IMG/VR virus record: IMGVR_UViG_3300045988_134806
Coordinates: 1-64,000 of that record
From: a virus
Length of the DNA: 64,000 nt
Direction: 5' to 3' (one strand)
The position numbers were made by a program, and so were the translations under genes. The notes below the pieces were generated by a model. The model had not been told where the DNA came from and did not search any database. It saw only the letters and a program-made list of their open reading frames with translations. Below are positions 35,885 through 44,518 of the stretch, one piece after another (within the stretch, counting starts at the first letter, position 1; every line of letters begins with the position of its first letter).

Positions 35885-36256
35885 TTAGTAATCTATTCCT
35901 TGTAGTTTCTGAATTGTTTTTAAAACTTCGTAGTTGGGAATCTCTTCCGGCCATTCGTCTCTGAGTCTGTAATCAGCCATGCGCTCTACCCACTTGGTAG
36001 CTTCGTCAAAGTCTTCAAACACCTTGTAGAGCCCCATAGAAATAGACCAAGCAATACAGCGGCAATCGTCGTCCGCATAGGCCCGATAAACCTCTCCTAA
36101 GTCATGCTCGTCTTGTAAGCTATTCTCAAGAGCTCTTATCACCAAGACATCTGCCCAACGATTAAGCTCAAAACCAAAGGCTTCTTCTAAGTAGTCGAGA
36201 GTGCCGACGTTGTACTTATCACACGTCCACTCAGCATCTTTGATCGTGTAGCTCAC
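35885..36256 (-). CDS. hypothetical acidic protein (123 aa)
   Basis: GTG at 36256 overlaps the upstream TGA (GTGA) and has GGAG 8 nt upstream. The longer track ORF has an implausible N-terminus overlapping the upstream gene. Confidence 0.5.
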   Translation of the reverse strand: MSYTIKDAEWTCDKYNVGTLDYLEEAFGFELNRWADVLVIRALENSLQDEHDLGEVYRAYADDDCRCIAWSISMGLYKVFEDFDEATKWVERMADYRLRDEWPEEIPNYEVLKTIQKLQGIDY

Positions 36257-36597
36257 TTCATCAACTCCATCCGAATCACTGTTCGATAAGCATTCAAAAG
36301 AGGCTCTAAATTCGTTCTGGTGAGCTTCCCTTCCTTTGGAATGAACTGCTTGAAAAAGTCTCGGTACCGATCCCGATCCTCCTTCCCGGTGATGCGGGGC
36401 ATATAGAGCAGAGTGATTTCTCTGCACCGCCCGTAGGCAATCACCTCTATGAACTCCTGTGTAGCCCACTTAAGCCGTGGACGGAGCGTTGCCTTAACAT
36501 GCTTTGGAGTAAAGTGCCAGAAGGCTCCGTCTTCTTCCAGCACCGGCGCAAACTCCTGCTGAAACCATTCCTTATCAGTTGGAACTATGGTAATCAT
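36253..36597 (-). CDS. hypothetical protein (114 aa)
   Basis: ORF in the early operon. No motif. Confidence 0.55.
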   Translation of the reverse strand: MITIVPTDKEWFQQEFAPVLEEDGAFWHFTPKHVKATLRPRLKWATQEFIEVIAYGRCREITLLYMPRITGKEDRDRYRDFFKQFIPKEGKLTRTNLEPLLNAYRTVIRMELMK

Positions 36598-36847
36598 TTA
36601 AGCACTCCCGAGTTTCTTCAAGCTTCTTCAGTGTGTTTCCCAAAAAGATGGAAGCATTTTGCCAATAGCCTTCTTCGACCATGTCGGCGTACTTTGACCA
36701 AGCCCAAGCGATGATCGCGTCAACATCGAACTGCGTGTCTTCGACCACCGGGTTGTTTGCCAAATGCTTAGACGCGTAATACTCAAGCTCCATGGCGGAA
36801 AGTTCTTCCATTGTGTATGTGTGTCCGTTGATAGAAATTTTGCTCAT
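36575..36847 (-). CDS. hypothetical protein (90 aa)
   Basis: ORF overlaps the downstream gene by 23 nt. Confidence 0.55.
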   Translation of the reverse strand: MSKISINGHTYTMEELSAMELEYYASKHLANNPVVEDTQFDVDAIIAWAWSKYADMVEEGYWQNASIFLGNTLKKLEETRECLNDYHSSN

Positions 36848-36858
36848 TTGTTTCTCCT

Positions 36859-37419
36859 TTATTTGCCCAGTCTTTCCAATATGCGGAAGTACTCGGCTAC
36901 TTCCTTAAGCGTCATTCTTTCTCCCTTGATGACTGATTTACCAAGGGCATCTGCTGCATAGACCTTACCTGTGTGTTGTAGGTAGCCTGAGTAATAGCGG
37001 CTTCCAATTCGGTAATTGAAAAAGGCTTTGTTGTTGTAGACACAGGGTTCCCAATACTTAGACGGATCAGACGGGATTTCTGCGTAAACAGTGTGCCTGA
37101 AGAAGTTCTCAAGGACGAGATCTATCGCTTCTTGCAGGGTCCCGCATATCTTGGTGAAGCTCCTGTTTGGACTGTACTTGCTGAACAACGTTGTCGCACT
37201 AATCCAATCATCTCGTGTAGAACTGTGGAAGCAAGTAATTAACCCGTGCTTGTCGTCATAAATCCGACGCAGCTTCCGCTCCTTTAAAAGCCATCCGAGA
37301 TGCCAAAGTTCGTACCGATCATAGATCGGAGATGACAACTTCTGAATAAAAACACCGCTCTGCATAGCACCATCGACTAACCCCGGCAGCTCATCTTCAA
37401 AAACGCCTAAATATTTCAT
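36859..37419 (-). CDS. hypothetical protein (186 aa)
   Basis: ORF in the early operon. No confident motif. Confidence 0.6.
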   Translation of the reverse strand: MKYLGVFEDELPGLVDGAMQSGVFIQKLSSPIYDRYELWHLGWLLKERKLRRIYDDKHGLITCFHSSTRDDWISATTLFSKYSPNRSFTKICGTLQEAIDLVLENFFRHTVYAEIPSDPSKYWEPCVYNNKAFFNYRIGSRYYSGYLQHTGKVYAADALGKSVIKGERMTLKEVAEYFRILERLGK

Positions 37420-37688
37420 TCAATCTCTCCGTTAAGCATTGCCATCGTCGTACGGTAGGCGAAGTAGTCGTTCCAGTTCCTTACGTTGTATTTCCAAAGC
37501 TTTTCAGTGATGCACTGGGGCTCCCAGTCGCGGCTGGTTGTGGTATCAAATTCAACTTCCACCCAACGTTTGTTGTCCAACTCATACAATTCATCCCAGC
37601 TCATATCTTCCAGAACATCTTCGGCACAACTCTCTGTAAGGTGTGAATATTTGTCATACTCATCAAACTCGACTTTCGGTTTCATCAT
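37416..37688 (-). CDS. small paralog family A, member 1 (C-terminal NWNDY..YRTTM motif)
   Basis: C-terminus RNWNDYFAYRTTMAMLNG is shared with the three following ORFs. Confidence 0.6.
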   Translation of the reverse strand: MMKPKVEFDEYDKYSHLTESCAEDVLEDMSWDELYELDNKRWVEVEFDTTTSRDWEPQCITEKLWKYNVRNWNDYFAYRTTMAMLNGEIE

Positions 37689-37987
37689 CCCCCCAATCGT
37701 TTAATTGTTAAGAGTTCCCAGAGGTAGTCATTCCAATTCAACATGTAGTCACTGCGAACAGACAGAAGGACCGGTTTTATTACATACGGCCCCATGTGCA
37801 GCGCGCCTTGCATTGGATCAGGGTCAAAATTCATATACCCGGTTTCCAAAGCATCTGAAATCTTGTCCGGCAAAGCATGTGTTAAGAAATTTTCTATCTC
37901 CTTGATAGTCGTTCCTTTTCTATTACCGAAAATACTGTCGATTGCTTCACACTGATGAACAAAAATCGATTCCCATATAGGTTTCAT
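37685..37987 (-). CDS. small paralog family A, member 2
   Basis: C-terminus LNWNDYLWELLTIKRLGG. ATGA-type 4-nt overlaps with its neighbours. Confidence 0.6.
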   Translation of the reverse strand: MKPIWESIFVHQCEAIDSIFGNRKGTTIKEIENFLTHALPDKISDALETGYMNFDPDPMQGALHMGPYVIKPVLLSVRSDYMLNWNDYLWELLTIKRLGG

Positions 37988-38289
37988 GCTGTTTTCTCCA
38001 ACAAGAACATCGTTTTGCGGTACATGTAGTATTCATGCCAGTTGAGAATGCTGCCTCTATCGACATCGAACCTGTCAATGTGTCCTGTGAAAGGCCCTGC
38101 ATCTATCAACCAATCACTGAACCCAAAGGAAACCGAGCCGGTCTGATCCAACTCGTCCAAATCTTCCTCGTAGTAAGCGTGGTCAAGAATATTTGACGCT
38201 CTCTCTAAAGCTTCTCCTTCTTCCCAACCATAAGACTTATCCGCTTTTGCGCACCGTTTCTTGAAATCTTCAGACCATTCAATCTTCAT
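37984..38289 (-). CDS. small paralog family A, member 3
   Basis: N-terminus KIEWSEDFKKRCA and C-terminus LNWHEYYMYRKTMFLLE. Confidence 0.6.
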   Translation of the reverse strand: MKIEWSEDFKKRCAKADKSYGWEEGEALERASNILDHAYYEEDLDELDQTGSVSFGFSDWLIDAGPFTGHIDRFDVDRGSILNWHEYYMYRKTMFLLEKTA

Positions 38290-38599
38290 CGCATTCTCCC
38301 AGCAAGAACATCGTCAGCCGCGTAGAAATGAACTCATCCCAGTTGGTCATATCATCTCTGTAGATTGTTATTGCATTGATGCTCGCCTTGTAAGCAGTAC
38401 CAAGATCTATGTATTCCTCGTCATCTAGGGTAAGGTAGAGGAAGTCGTTTCTCATCCCTTCCTCCAACTCGCTTCGGTTGGCTTTCTCGACAGCACTTAT
38501 GAGATCATCAACTACAATCCCTTCGCCCCAGCCCATGAACTTTTCAAAGGCGGCGCATTTTTCCAAGAACTCGAGTGTCCATTTAGGCGCGTTCTTCAT
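38279..38599 (-). CDS. small paralog family A, member 4
   Basis: N-terminus KWTLEFLEKCA and C-terminus TNWDEFISTRLTMFLLG. Confidence 0.6.
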   Translation of the reverse strand: MKNAPKWTLEFLEKCAAFEKFMGWGEGIVVDDLISAVEKANRSELEEGMRNDFLYLTLDDEEYIDLGTAYKASINAITIYRDDMTNWDEFISTRLTMFLLGECDED

Positions 38600-39778
38600 T
38601 TATTCCTCCATGTCGATCTTCACGACTTCACCGCAGGGCGGAGTTTCATCCGACTCAGTAATCGCCCAAACGAGAGAGCAGGGCGTCTCTTGCGGGAAGG
38701 GTGTCCAGCCGTCTGTCAAAATGCAGCAAACGTCGCACTCAACGTTGTTGTCTTCGATCCACTGAGTAATCGCTCTCATGTCGGTACCACCGCCGCCATA
38801 GGCGTGAAGTTCAACGGGGTATGTCTCCTGCGTGAACTCTTCGACCTTGGCAACCGCTGAATCGCAGTAAACGACAATCACTTTCTCCGGTCGGCACTGT
38901 TCGATGATGGCATTTAGATGACCGCCAAAATACTGCAACTCACGAGGTCCGATGGAGCCCGAGGTATCCACGCCGATCACAACCGTTCCCATCGAAGGTT
39001 CCTTAGCATTGATCGGAAGGTAGATGTCCATGGATGTAAAGCGTCGGTTCGGTCTCTCCCAGCTTTGATTCTGCTTGGTAAAGCCTGAGAAGTATTTCTC
39101 AAGAACTTCGTACCACTTCATCTTGGTGGTGAGAAGGTCGTTGACCATTCTTTCCAAGGCGCCTGATGCTCTGCCTCTTTCGCGGCAAACTCTTGCGGCG
39201 TCCGCCACATCAAGTTTTACTTGGAGCTCAATCTGCTTGGCTTCAGCTTCAGACATGGCGCCTCCTTCGTCCAAGAGGTCGTTGTTCAGCGGGTCTTTAG
39301 AAGGATCAGAGTTTCCGCTTCCGTCTCCGTCGTCTGTATCGCCGTTGCCTTTACCTTGCCCTTTGCCTTTTTGCTTCTGGGCTCGTTCAAGAAGCTCGTT
39401 ATAAATCTCCTCTGTAGTCTTATCTTCCGAGCCTTCCTTAAAGAGCGCGCCTTTAGGCATAGAGCCAACGCCGCTGGAACACAAAAAAGAATTGATGTAG
39501 AAGTCGCCTGCCATATTCCAAAGTTGAGGGTCTCTGCTCTGCTGCCGAAGGGCATGCATGCACACCATGTGCATAACCTCGTGACACATAACAAACATCA
39601 GTTCGCGACGTTCGAGTGTCTCAACCCACCGAGGGTTGTAGTAGATGTTGCCTCCCTTATCCACCGCCATCGTAGGAATGTCCTCACGGGCTTTCAGCGG
39701 GCGCTTCATCAACAGACTTGCAAAAAACGGCTGGTCAAATGCCAGCTCGGCCTTGGCGGCCATGATCTTATCGCTCAT
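38600..39778 (-). CDS. zincin metallopeptidase-like + von Willebrand A domain protein (DUF2201-like)
   Basis: HExxH in FVMCHEVMHMVCMH. MIDAS-like VVIGVDTSGSIG. ATG at 39778 overlaps the upstream stop (ATGA). Confidence 0.75.
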   Translation of the reverse strand: MSDKIMAAKAELAFDQPFFASLLMKRPLKAREDIPTMAVDKGGNIYYNPRWVETLERRELMFVMCHEVMHMVCMHALRQQSRDPQLWNMAGDFYINSFLCSSGVGSMPKGALFKEGSEDKTTEEIYNELLERAQKQKGKGQGKGNGDTDDGDGSGNSDPSKDPLNNDLLDEGGAMSEAEAKQIELQVKLDVADAARVCRERGRASGALERMVNDLLTTKMKWYEVLEKYFSGFTKQNQSWERPNRRFTSMDIYLPINAKEPSMGTVVIGVDTSGSIGPRELQYFGGHLNAIIEQCRPEKVIVVYCDSAVAKVEEFTQETYPVELHAYGGGGTDMRAITQWIEDNNVECDVCCILTDGWTPFPQETPCSLVWAITESDETPPCGEVVKIDMEE

Positions 39779-40041
39779 ACATCCTCCAAAAGTTTGTCCC
39801 ATACACCTAAGCGAAGCATCGTTTCTATGTAGGATTTCTTTGCTTCAAGTTTGCGGTAGTAGTTTTTCGGGAATCTCATCGTTACTGACGCATGCACAAA
39901 AAAGTTGTTTCTGATAATGAACTCGCTTCGCTTCGGAAAAACGATGATGTATCGGTCGTTTTTACTCCATAAGCTGACGTACAGCTTGTAGATGACTTGG
40001 CCTCGGTTTTTTATCCTCTTCCAAGGAAGTTCCGGTTTCAC
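39775..40041 (-). CDS. small paralog family B, member 1 (C-terminal ETxLRL motif)
   Basis: C-terminus KKSYIETMLRLGVW. Confidence 0.55.
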   Translation of the reverse strand: MKPELPWKRIKNRGQVIYKLYVSLWSKNDRYIIVFPKRSEFIIRNNFFVHASVTMRFPKNYYRKLEAKKSYIETMLRLGVWDKLLEDV

Positions 40042-40075
40042 ATATCCTCCAAGACACCTTCCACGGCTCCGATTT

Positions 40076-40318
40076 TCATATCACTCCCTTCAGTCTCAGC
40101 AGGGTTTCGACATACTTCTTCATCTCCTCTGAAGTCCTAACCTGCTCAGGAAAGTCCCGTGCATAAGGTTCTGTAGAACAATCGAAAATTCTGTAGGTCT
40201 GACGGGACGGCCAAAAAGCTGCCATACAACAATCTGCATCATCCTCCCTACGGAGCCAAAACTCATACCTCGGAGCCGTGCCAAATCTTCGGTATGCCCA
40301 GAAAAAGCGCTTCTTCAT
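40076..40318 (-). CDS. small paralog family B, member 2
   Basis: C-terminus MKKYVETLLRLKGVI. Trp/Arg-rich N-terminus. Confidence 0.55.
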   Translation of the reverse strand: MKKRFFWAYRRFGTAPRYEFWLRREDDADCCMAAFWPSRQTYRIFDCSTEPYARDFPEQVRTSEEMKKYVETLLRLKGVI

Positions 40319-40351
40319 AGTGTCTCCTGCGGGACCCGAAGGCCCCCTCAG

Positions 40352-41374
40352 TTATGCCAAGAGCTTGGCGTTAGACACCGCCCAGTCAGTAAAGCCCGGG
40401 ACGGAAATCAAGTCTTTGTACCGTTTGTAGCATCCTATCATTAGGATGGTTTGAAATTCGGGTGACAAGCGAGCGCCATAAGCAACGATATTCTTGGCTG
40501 TCTTCTTGTCGATGAGGCTTTCAACCGCACCTAAGAACGCATAGAGCACATCAGGCTTGGTGGGCACAGGGGCTTTCTTCGGGTCTTTCAAGACTTCCTG
40601 CGGGTCAGGCATCTCTTTGGCAACCTTAATGAACGCTGCAAACTCAGTGGCTGCGCCTTCGCCGATGGCTCCCTTGGCGTGTTCATAGAACGTTGCTGCA
40701 TCGAGCTCAGTCGGGATTCTGTTGACGTCTTCCCAGCTTCTGGGCGTGGGGTTCACGGCCACCTTCGGATCGAAGCTGGAGAGTAGAACAGGGCGGAACT
40801 TAATGAAGGAAGTCACGATAGGCTTGATGCCGTGGGAATAAGCCCAGTCCATCCAGTCCTCGACGTTGGACTCAAACTCCAAGGTTCTGACACGGTTTCC
40901 AAGTTTGGTGCTCAGGCGGTTAGCGCCTGACTTATCTTCGACTCGGTTGCCCGTGGCGATAATGAACAACTGCTCAGAGAGTTTCATCTGACCTGCATAG
41001 CGGTCTAAAATTACTCGACAAAGCGGGTTCTGCATTGCCATCCCTGCGTCAGACATTTCTTCCAAGATGAGGATAGAGGGGCCTTGGCCTGCACGGATCG
41101 CATAGAACTCCTGCGGGGGAAGCCACTCGGAATGCGTGCCATCTTCAGATTTAAACGGAACACCCATAATGTCAACCGGGTCACGCAGGGAAGGATTGAA
41201 CTCAACCACTCTTTCATCAGGGATGTCGAACTTGGCCTGCAACTCTTTAGCAATCTCACGAGCACAGGCGGACTTGCCCCCGCCTGGCTGACCGGTGATG
41301 AAGGGAACTACCAAGTGACCGTTTTCTTGACTGAATTGCAGAAGAACAGAAGATTTAAGAGTAGAAAATTTCAT
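40352..41374 (-). CDS. MoxR-like AAA+ ATPase (AAA_5 type)
   Basis: Walker A GQPGGGKSACA and Walker B SILILEEMSDA. 340 aa. The VWA-domain gene lies two small ORFs downstream. Confidence 0.8.
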   Translation of the reverse strand: MKFSTLKSSVLLQFSQENGHLVVPFITGQPGGGKSACAREIAKELQAKFDIPDERVVEFNPSLRDPVDIMGVPFKSEDGTHSEWLPPQEFYAIRAGQGPSILILEEMSDAGMAMQNPLCRVILDRYAGQMKLSEQLFIIATGNRVEDKSGANRLSTKLGNRVRTLEFESNVEDWMDWAYSHGIKPIVTSFIKFRPVLLSSFDPKVAVNPTPRSWEDVNRIPTELDAATFYEHAKGAIGEGAATEFAAFIKVAKEMPDPQEVLKDPKKAPVPTKPDVLYAFLGAVESLIDKKTAKNIVAYGARLSPEFQTILMIGCYKRYKDLISVPGFTDWAVSNAKLLA

Positions 41375-41376
41375 AA

Positions 41377-41649
41377 TTAACCTCGCTTGTTAAGCCGAAT
41401 AACCGTCTCAGACCAACGCTTTGCTTCGTTGAAGTCTGAGAAAATCCTGAATGCCGATACTGTTTTATCGGGGAACTCCCAGCACTCTTTGCCGATAGGT
41501 TTGTCCCCGAAGACGAAAGTAAAAGTAATCGGGTATTGGTATGCAACATAAGCCGCCCTTTCAACACCCGACCAATAAACCTCCGCAGGATCGCATCCGT
41601 TTTTGTCTATGACAGGAATCCATGTCCTATCCTCATAGAAAATTCCCAT
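41377..41649 (-). CDS. small paralog family B, member 3
   Basis: C-terminus AKRWSETVIRLNKRG. Confidence 0.55.
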   Translation of the reverse strand: MGIFYEDRTWIPVIDKNGCDPAEVYWSGVERAAYVAYQYPITFTFVFGDKPIGKECWEFPDKTVSAFRIFSDFNEAKRWSETVIRLNKRG

Positions 41650-41698
41650 TGTGTTTAACTCATATCTTACTCTTACTTGAAACTAATTTATTACATTT

Positions 41699-41980
41699 TT
41701 ATGTGAAATTATTTAATCGCAGGATTGTGTCTGCGTACTGCGTGGCCTCTATGAGAAGGCGAAAGTGTATGTGCTTTGATTCACTAGGTCTCTTGGCGTA
41801 AATACAAACCGTGTAAGGTTTCTTTCTGCCTTCCCAGTTGGCCATGACACCTTGGTAGTGATACTTGAAGATGTCAACGACGCACTTTTTGATGTCCTCC
41901 CTGCGCCATGTAGCCTCCAAGAGAATGCAATCTCGAGGGTCTCCGCCCTTTGCCGCTTTTCGTATCCATTTATGCGGCAT
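41699..41980 (-). CDS. small paralog family B, member 4
   Basis: C-terminus ATQYADTILRLNNFT. Confidence 0.55.
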   Translation of the reverse strand: MPHKWIRKAAKGGDPRDCILLEATWRREDIKKCVVDIFKYHYQGVMANWEGRKKPYTVCIYAKRPSESKHIHFRLLIEATQYADTILRLNNFT

Positions 41981-42632
41981 GCTTCAGCCTCTGAACTGTT
42001 ATCCACTCCAAGAAGTTTTCAGGGACGTTTCGGATCGCTTCCTCCTTCGTGGCGAACCCGCCGTCCACCCACACACCCTTAAAACGTTTGTACTTCTGCA
42101 AATTCTCGTTATAAACTTGGTAACGAAGCCCTGAAGCGTAACTTCGGTAGGCCTGAATCTTGACGTCTCCTGCTAATTCCTCCACGGTCAAGCCTGCTGC
42201 AAACTTATTTGGACCGACACGCAGGATCTCCATTTTGTTCCATGTGTCCGGCTCAAACGGATCGCCTTGTCCTACATATTCGTCTGCACCGTCCGAGCTT
42301 TCCTTTGTATTGAACCACCAGCGAGGCAAAAGCTCTGTGGCCCGCTCGCCGTAAATACTGCCGAACATACGCATCTGCCTTGCAGTAGTGGCCGAATACC
42401 ACCCAAACGGAACATCAACCATTGTTAAGTTAGGGTTGTAGAAATTGAAAATGATTTCCACGATAGTGGAGTAAGACTGGAGAGCTATGTGTCCGCGTTC
42501 AGTTCTTAAGACACAGCAGTTTCCGCGGTAATCCTTCTTGAGGTGCTGAGCATCGACAACATAATCAATCGCAGAGCTTCCGTCCCACTTAAGAACAACT
42601 CTAGTAAGAGGCCTCGTTAAAAATTTTCTCAT
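41970..42632 (-). CDS. hypothetical protein (220 aa)
   Basis: Long ORF overlapping both neighbours by 11 and 32 nt. No motif. Confidence 0.6.
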   Translation of the reverse strand: MRKFLTRPLTRVVLKWDGSSAIDYVVDAQHLKKDYRGNCCVLRTERGHIALQSYSTIVEIIFNFYNPNLTMVDVPFGWYSATTARQMRMFGSIYGERATELLPRWWFNTKESSDGADEYVGQGDPFEPDTWNKMEILRVGPNKFAAGLTVEELAGDVKIQAYRSYASGLRYQVYNENLQKYKRFKGVWVDGGFATKEEAIRNVPENFLEWITVQRLKHAA

Positions 42633-42930
42633 CCTTAATCTCCTTTAGAATTTTCCATAAGTTAAGAAGGGCATGCCCATAGGCCTCCTTCATCACTCCC
42701 TTCACACCTGATGTTTTGCTGAGGTCCCAATAGTAGTCAGGGAATTCAAACACCTCACACAACTCCGTCTCGCGCCAAAAAGCGTAGTGATCTTTATCGT
42801 AACCAGTCTCAGCAGCGGGATATTCTTCTATGAATCCCATCTCATATTTCTTGCCGTCCTTATCGTAAAGGTAGAGGGTAGTGTAACCTTGCCATGAGCG
42901 CTCCCATTTAAGCTTGATTTCCTTGTTCAC
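42601..42930 (-). CDS. small paralog family C, member 1 (C-terminal LLNLWK motif)
   Basis: N-terminal IKLKWE and C-terminal YGHALLNLWKILKEIK. Confidence 0.6.
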   Translation of the reverse strand: MNKEIKLKWERSWQGYTTLYLYDKDGKKYEMGFIEEYPAAETGYDKDHYAFWRETELCEVFEFPDYYWDLSKTSGVKGVMKEAYGHALLNLWKILKEIKDEKIFNEASY

Positions 42931-43228
42931 CTTCGATCTCCTTTAGCCTCCGAACAATTCTCCACAGATTGGTGATGATGTACGCATTCATTTTCTTTTG
43001 GTAAGGTTCAAGGGGTGCGTTTGCTTTCAGCATAAAAAAGCCATCGTCCATGAAATTGAACAGCTCGTTTCTCCAAATAATCTCCCAATGGAACCGTTGT
43101 CCTTTCTTGGAAAAGAATTTTCCTGCGGAGCCCAGCAAGTATTCCTTGCCTTCAAACTTAAGAACGATCCTTAGACATTCAACCTCGCTGATGCTGAAAT
43201 CACGGCGCCACTCGATAACGTCCTTCAT
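42908..43228 (-). CDS. small paralog family C, member 2
   Basis: N-terminal VIEWRR and C-terminal AYIITNLWRIVRRLKEI. Confidence 0.6.
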   Translation of the reverse strand: MKDVIEWRRDFSISEVECLRIVLKFEGKEYLLGSAGKFFSKKGQRFHWEIIWRNELFNFMDDGFFMLKANAPLEPYQKKMNAYIITNLWRIVRRLKEIEGEQGNQA

Positions 43229-43526
43229 ACGCTCTTAACTCCTTAATAAGTTTCCAGAGGTTCAAAAGAACACGCCCCTCCAGCCTCTTTTTGCACACTT
43301 CAAAGGGTTCGTCGTTTTCCTGTGCGACATAAGTTTTTAGCGCCCACGCGGCCGGTAGCGTCAAACCTTCGTTCCAGAAGTAATCAGGCTCATCAAGTCC
43401 AATAGCTTCCACTTCTGCGAAAAAATACTTTTCATCTTCGTAGTTCAAGTACACTTTGTATGCTTCAATAGCAGGGGGCTTGGGGTTTTCAACTTTTACC
43501 CATTCAATAAGGTCTGCCACAGCCAT
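43200..43526 (-). CDS. small paralog family C, member 3
   Basis: N-terminal LIEWVK and C-terminal GRVLLNLWKLIKELR. Confidence 0.6.
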   Translation of the reverse strand: MAVADLIEWVKVENPKPPAIEAYKVYLNYEDEKYFFAEVEAIGLDEPDYFWNEGLTLPAAWALKTYVAQENDEPFEVCKKRLEGRVLLNLWKLIKELRAYEGRYRVAP

Positions 43527-43830
43527 CCTCCTTTGCTGTCTTCAGCACTTTCCACAGGTTGAGTAAGACGGCGCGCTTTACGTTTTCCTTTATTTCCTGA
43601 AGATAGTCAAACTTCCAGCCGAGATCTCCGCCAATTGTGTCAACCTCTTCGTACTCTTCGCAGACCCATCTGAGATACCAGTATCCCTTGCGGTCGTACT
43701 TGGCGGCCGTACAAAGCGGATACTCAACGCCCTCATACCTCAGCCAACCGCCACGCCTACGCGCTATTCGCGTCCCGTTCTGTCTGAGCAGGTCATCTTC
43801 CTTCCAAACGATCTTCACCTTGTCCGGCAT
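43504..43830 (-). CDS. small paralog family C, member 4
   Basis: N-terminal KIVWKE and C-terminal RAVLLNLWKVLKTAK. Confidence 0.6.
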   Translation of the reverse strand: MPDKVKIVWKEDDLLRQNGTRIARRRGGWLRYEGVEYPLCTAAKYDRKGYWYLRWVCEEYEEVDTIGGDLGWKFDYLQEIKENVKRAVLLNLWKVLKTAKEDGCGRPY

Positions 43831-44144
43831 GATGTCTCCTTATGCCCGAAGTCTTTCACAAGCGGAGCGAACTTCCACAGGTATAAAAACACAAAGCTCT
43901 CAATCTTTTTCTTTTCGTCCTCTAAGGTAGGGACAGCTTCCTGAATAAGAAACGGGCGAAAGTTCTCAGCCTCGAACAGGTCATAGACAGCATCACTAAT
44001 CCAAAAGAGCCAAGGGGCATCGGAATCCTCGGTAGTCATACGCGCGGCTCTCCCTAAAAAGAGCCCTTTGCCGTTCATACACAGGGTGGCATTGATGCTT
44101 CTAAAATCAACATCTGAGCTATGCCACTCAATCCTCGCTGACAT
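43815..44144 (-). CDS. small paralog family C, member 5 (divergent)
   Basis: N-terminal RIEWHS and C-terminal SFVFLYLWKFAPLVK. Confidence 0.55.
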   Translation of the reverse strand: MSARIEWHSSDVDFRSINATLCMNGKGLFLGRAARMTTEDSDAPWLFWISDAVYDLFEAENFRPFLIQEAVPTLEDEKKKIESFVFLYLWKFAPLVKDFGHKETSCRTR

Positions 44145-44262
44145 GTTCTTCTCCTTCGTGCATCTCGAACCACTTATCCCTTATGCTTTCGGCGAAGGCA
44201 TCGATGTCAACGAGACTTTTGTACCTCTCAGGTGAGAGCTTTTTCGGTTTAACGAAGTTCAT
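44128..44262 (-). CDS. hypothetical small protein (44 aa)
   Basis: ATG at 44262 (MNFVKPKKLSPERYKSL..). The longer track ORF overlaps the upstream gene extensively. Confidence 0.35.
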   Translation of the reverse strand: MNFVKPKKLSPERYKSLVDIDAFAESIRDKWFEMHEGEEHVSED

Positions 44263-44518
44263 GGTTTTTAGCCTCCAAAGAATTGAGCACGACTTCGGCT
44301 GCCGTCCTCGCTCTGCGAAGGCTTTGGAAGCAGGTACGAAGTGCCGCATTGAGCGCAGGAACTGCCTGCGCCTTTTTCCACGTCTGCGAGTCAGAGTCCA
44401 CCCTAGAGAACACATACCCGGGATAGAATCCGCCTCTATAAATCGAAATCATGTGGTTTCCAAGGGTAGCGGACCATTGCGACGATCCATGACTCACCCA
44501 AACGATTTTGCTGTGCAT
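44249..44518 (-). CDS. hypothetical protein (89 aa), possibly a distant family C relative
   Basis: N-terminal KIVWVS and C-terminal AAEVVLNSLEAK loosely follow the family C pattern. Confidence 0.45.
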   Translation of the reverse strand: MHSKIVWVSHGSSQWSATLGNHMISIYRGGFYPGYVFSRVDSDSQTWKKAQAVPALNAALRTCFQSLRRARTAAEVVLNSLEAKNHELR

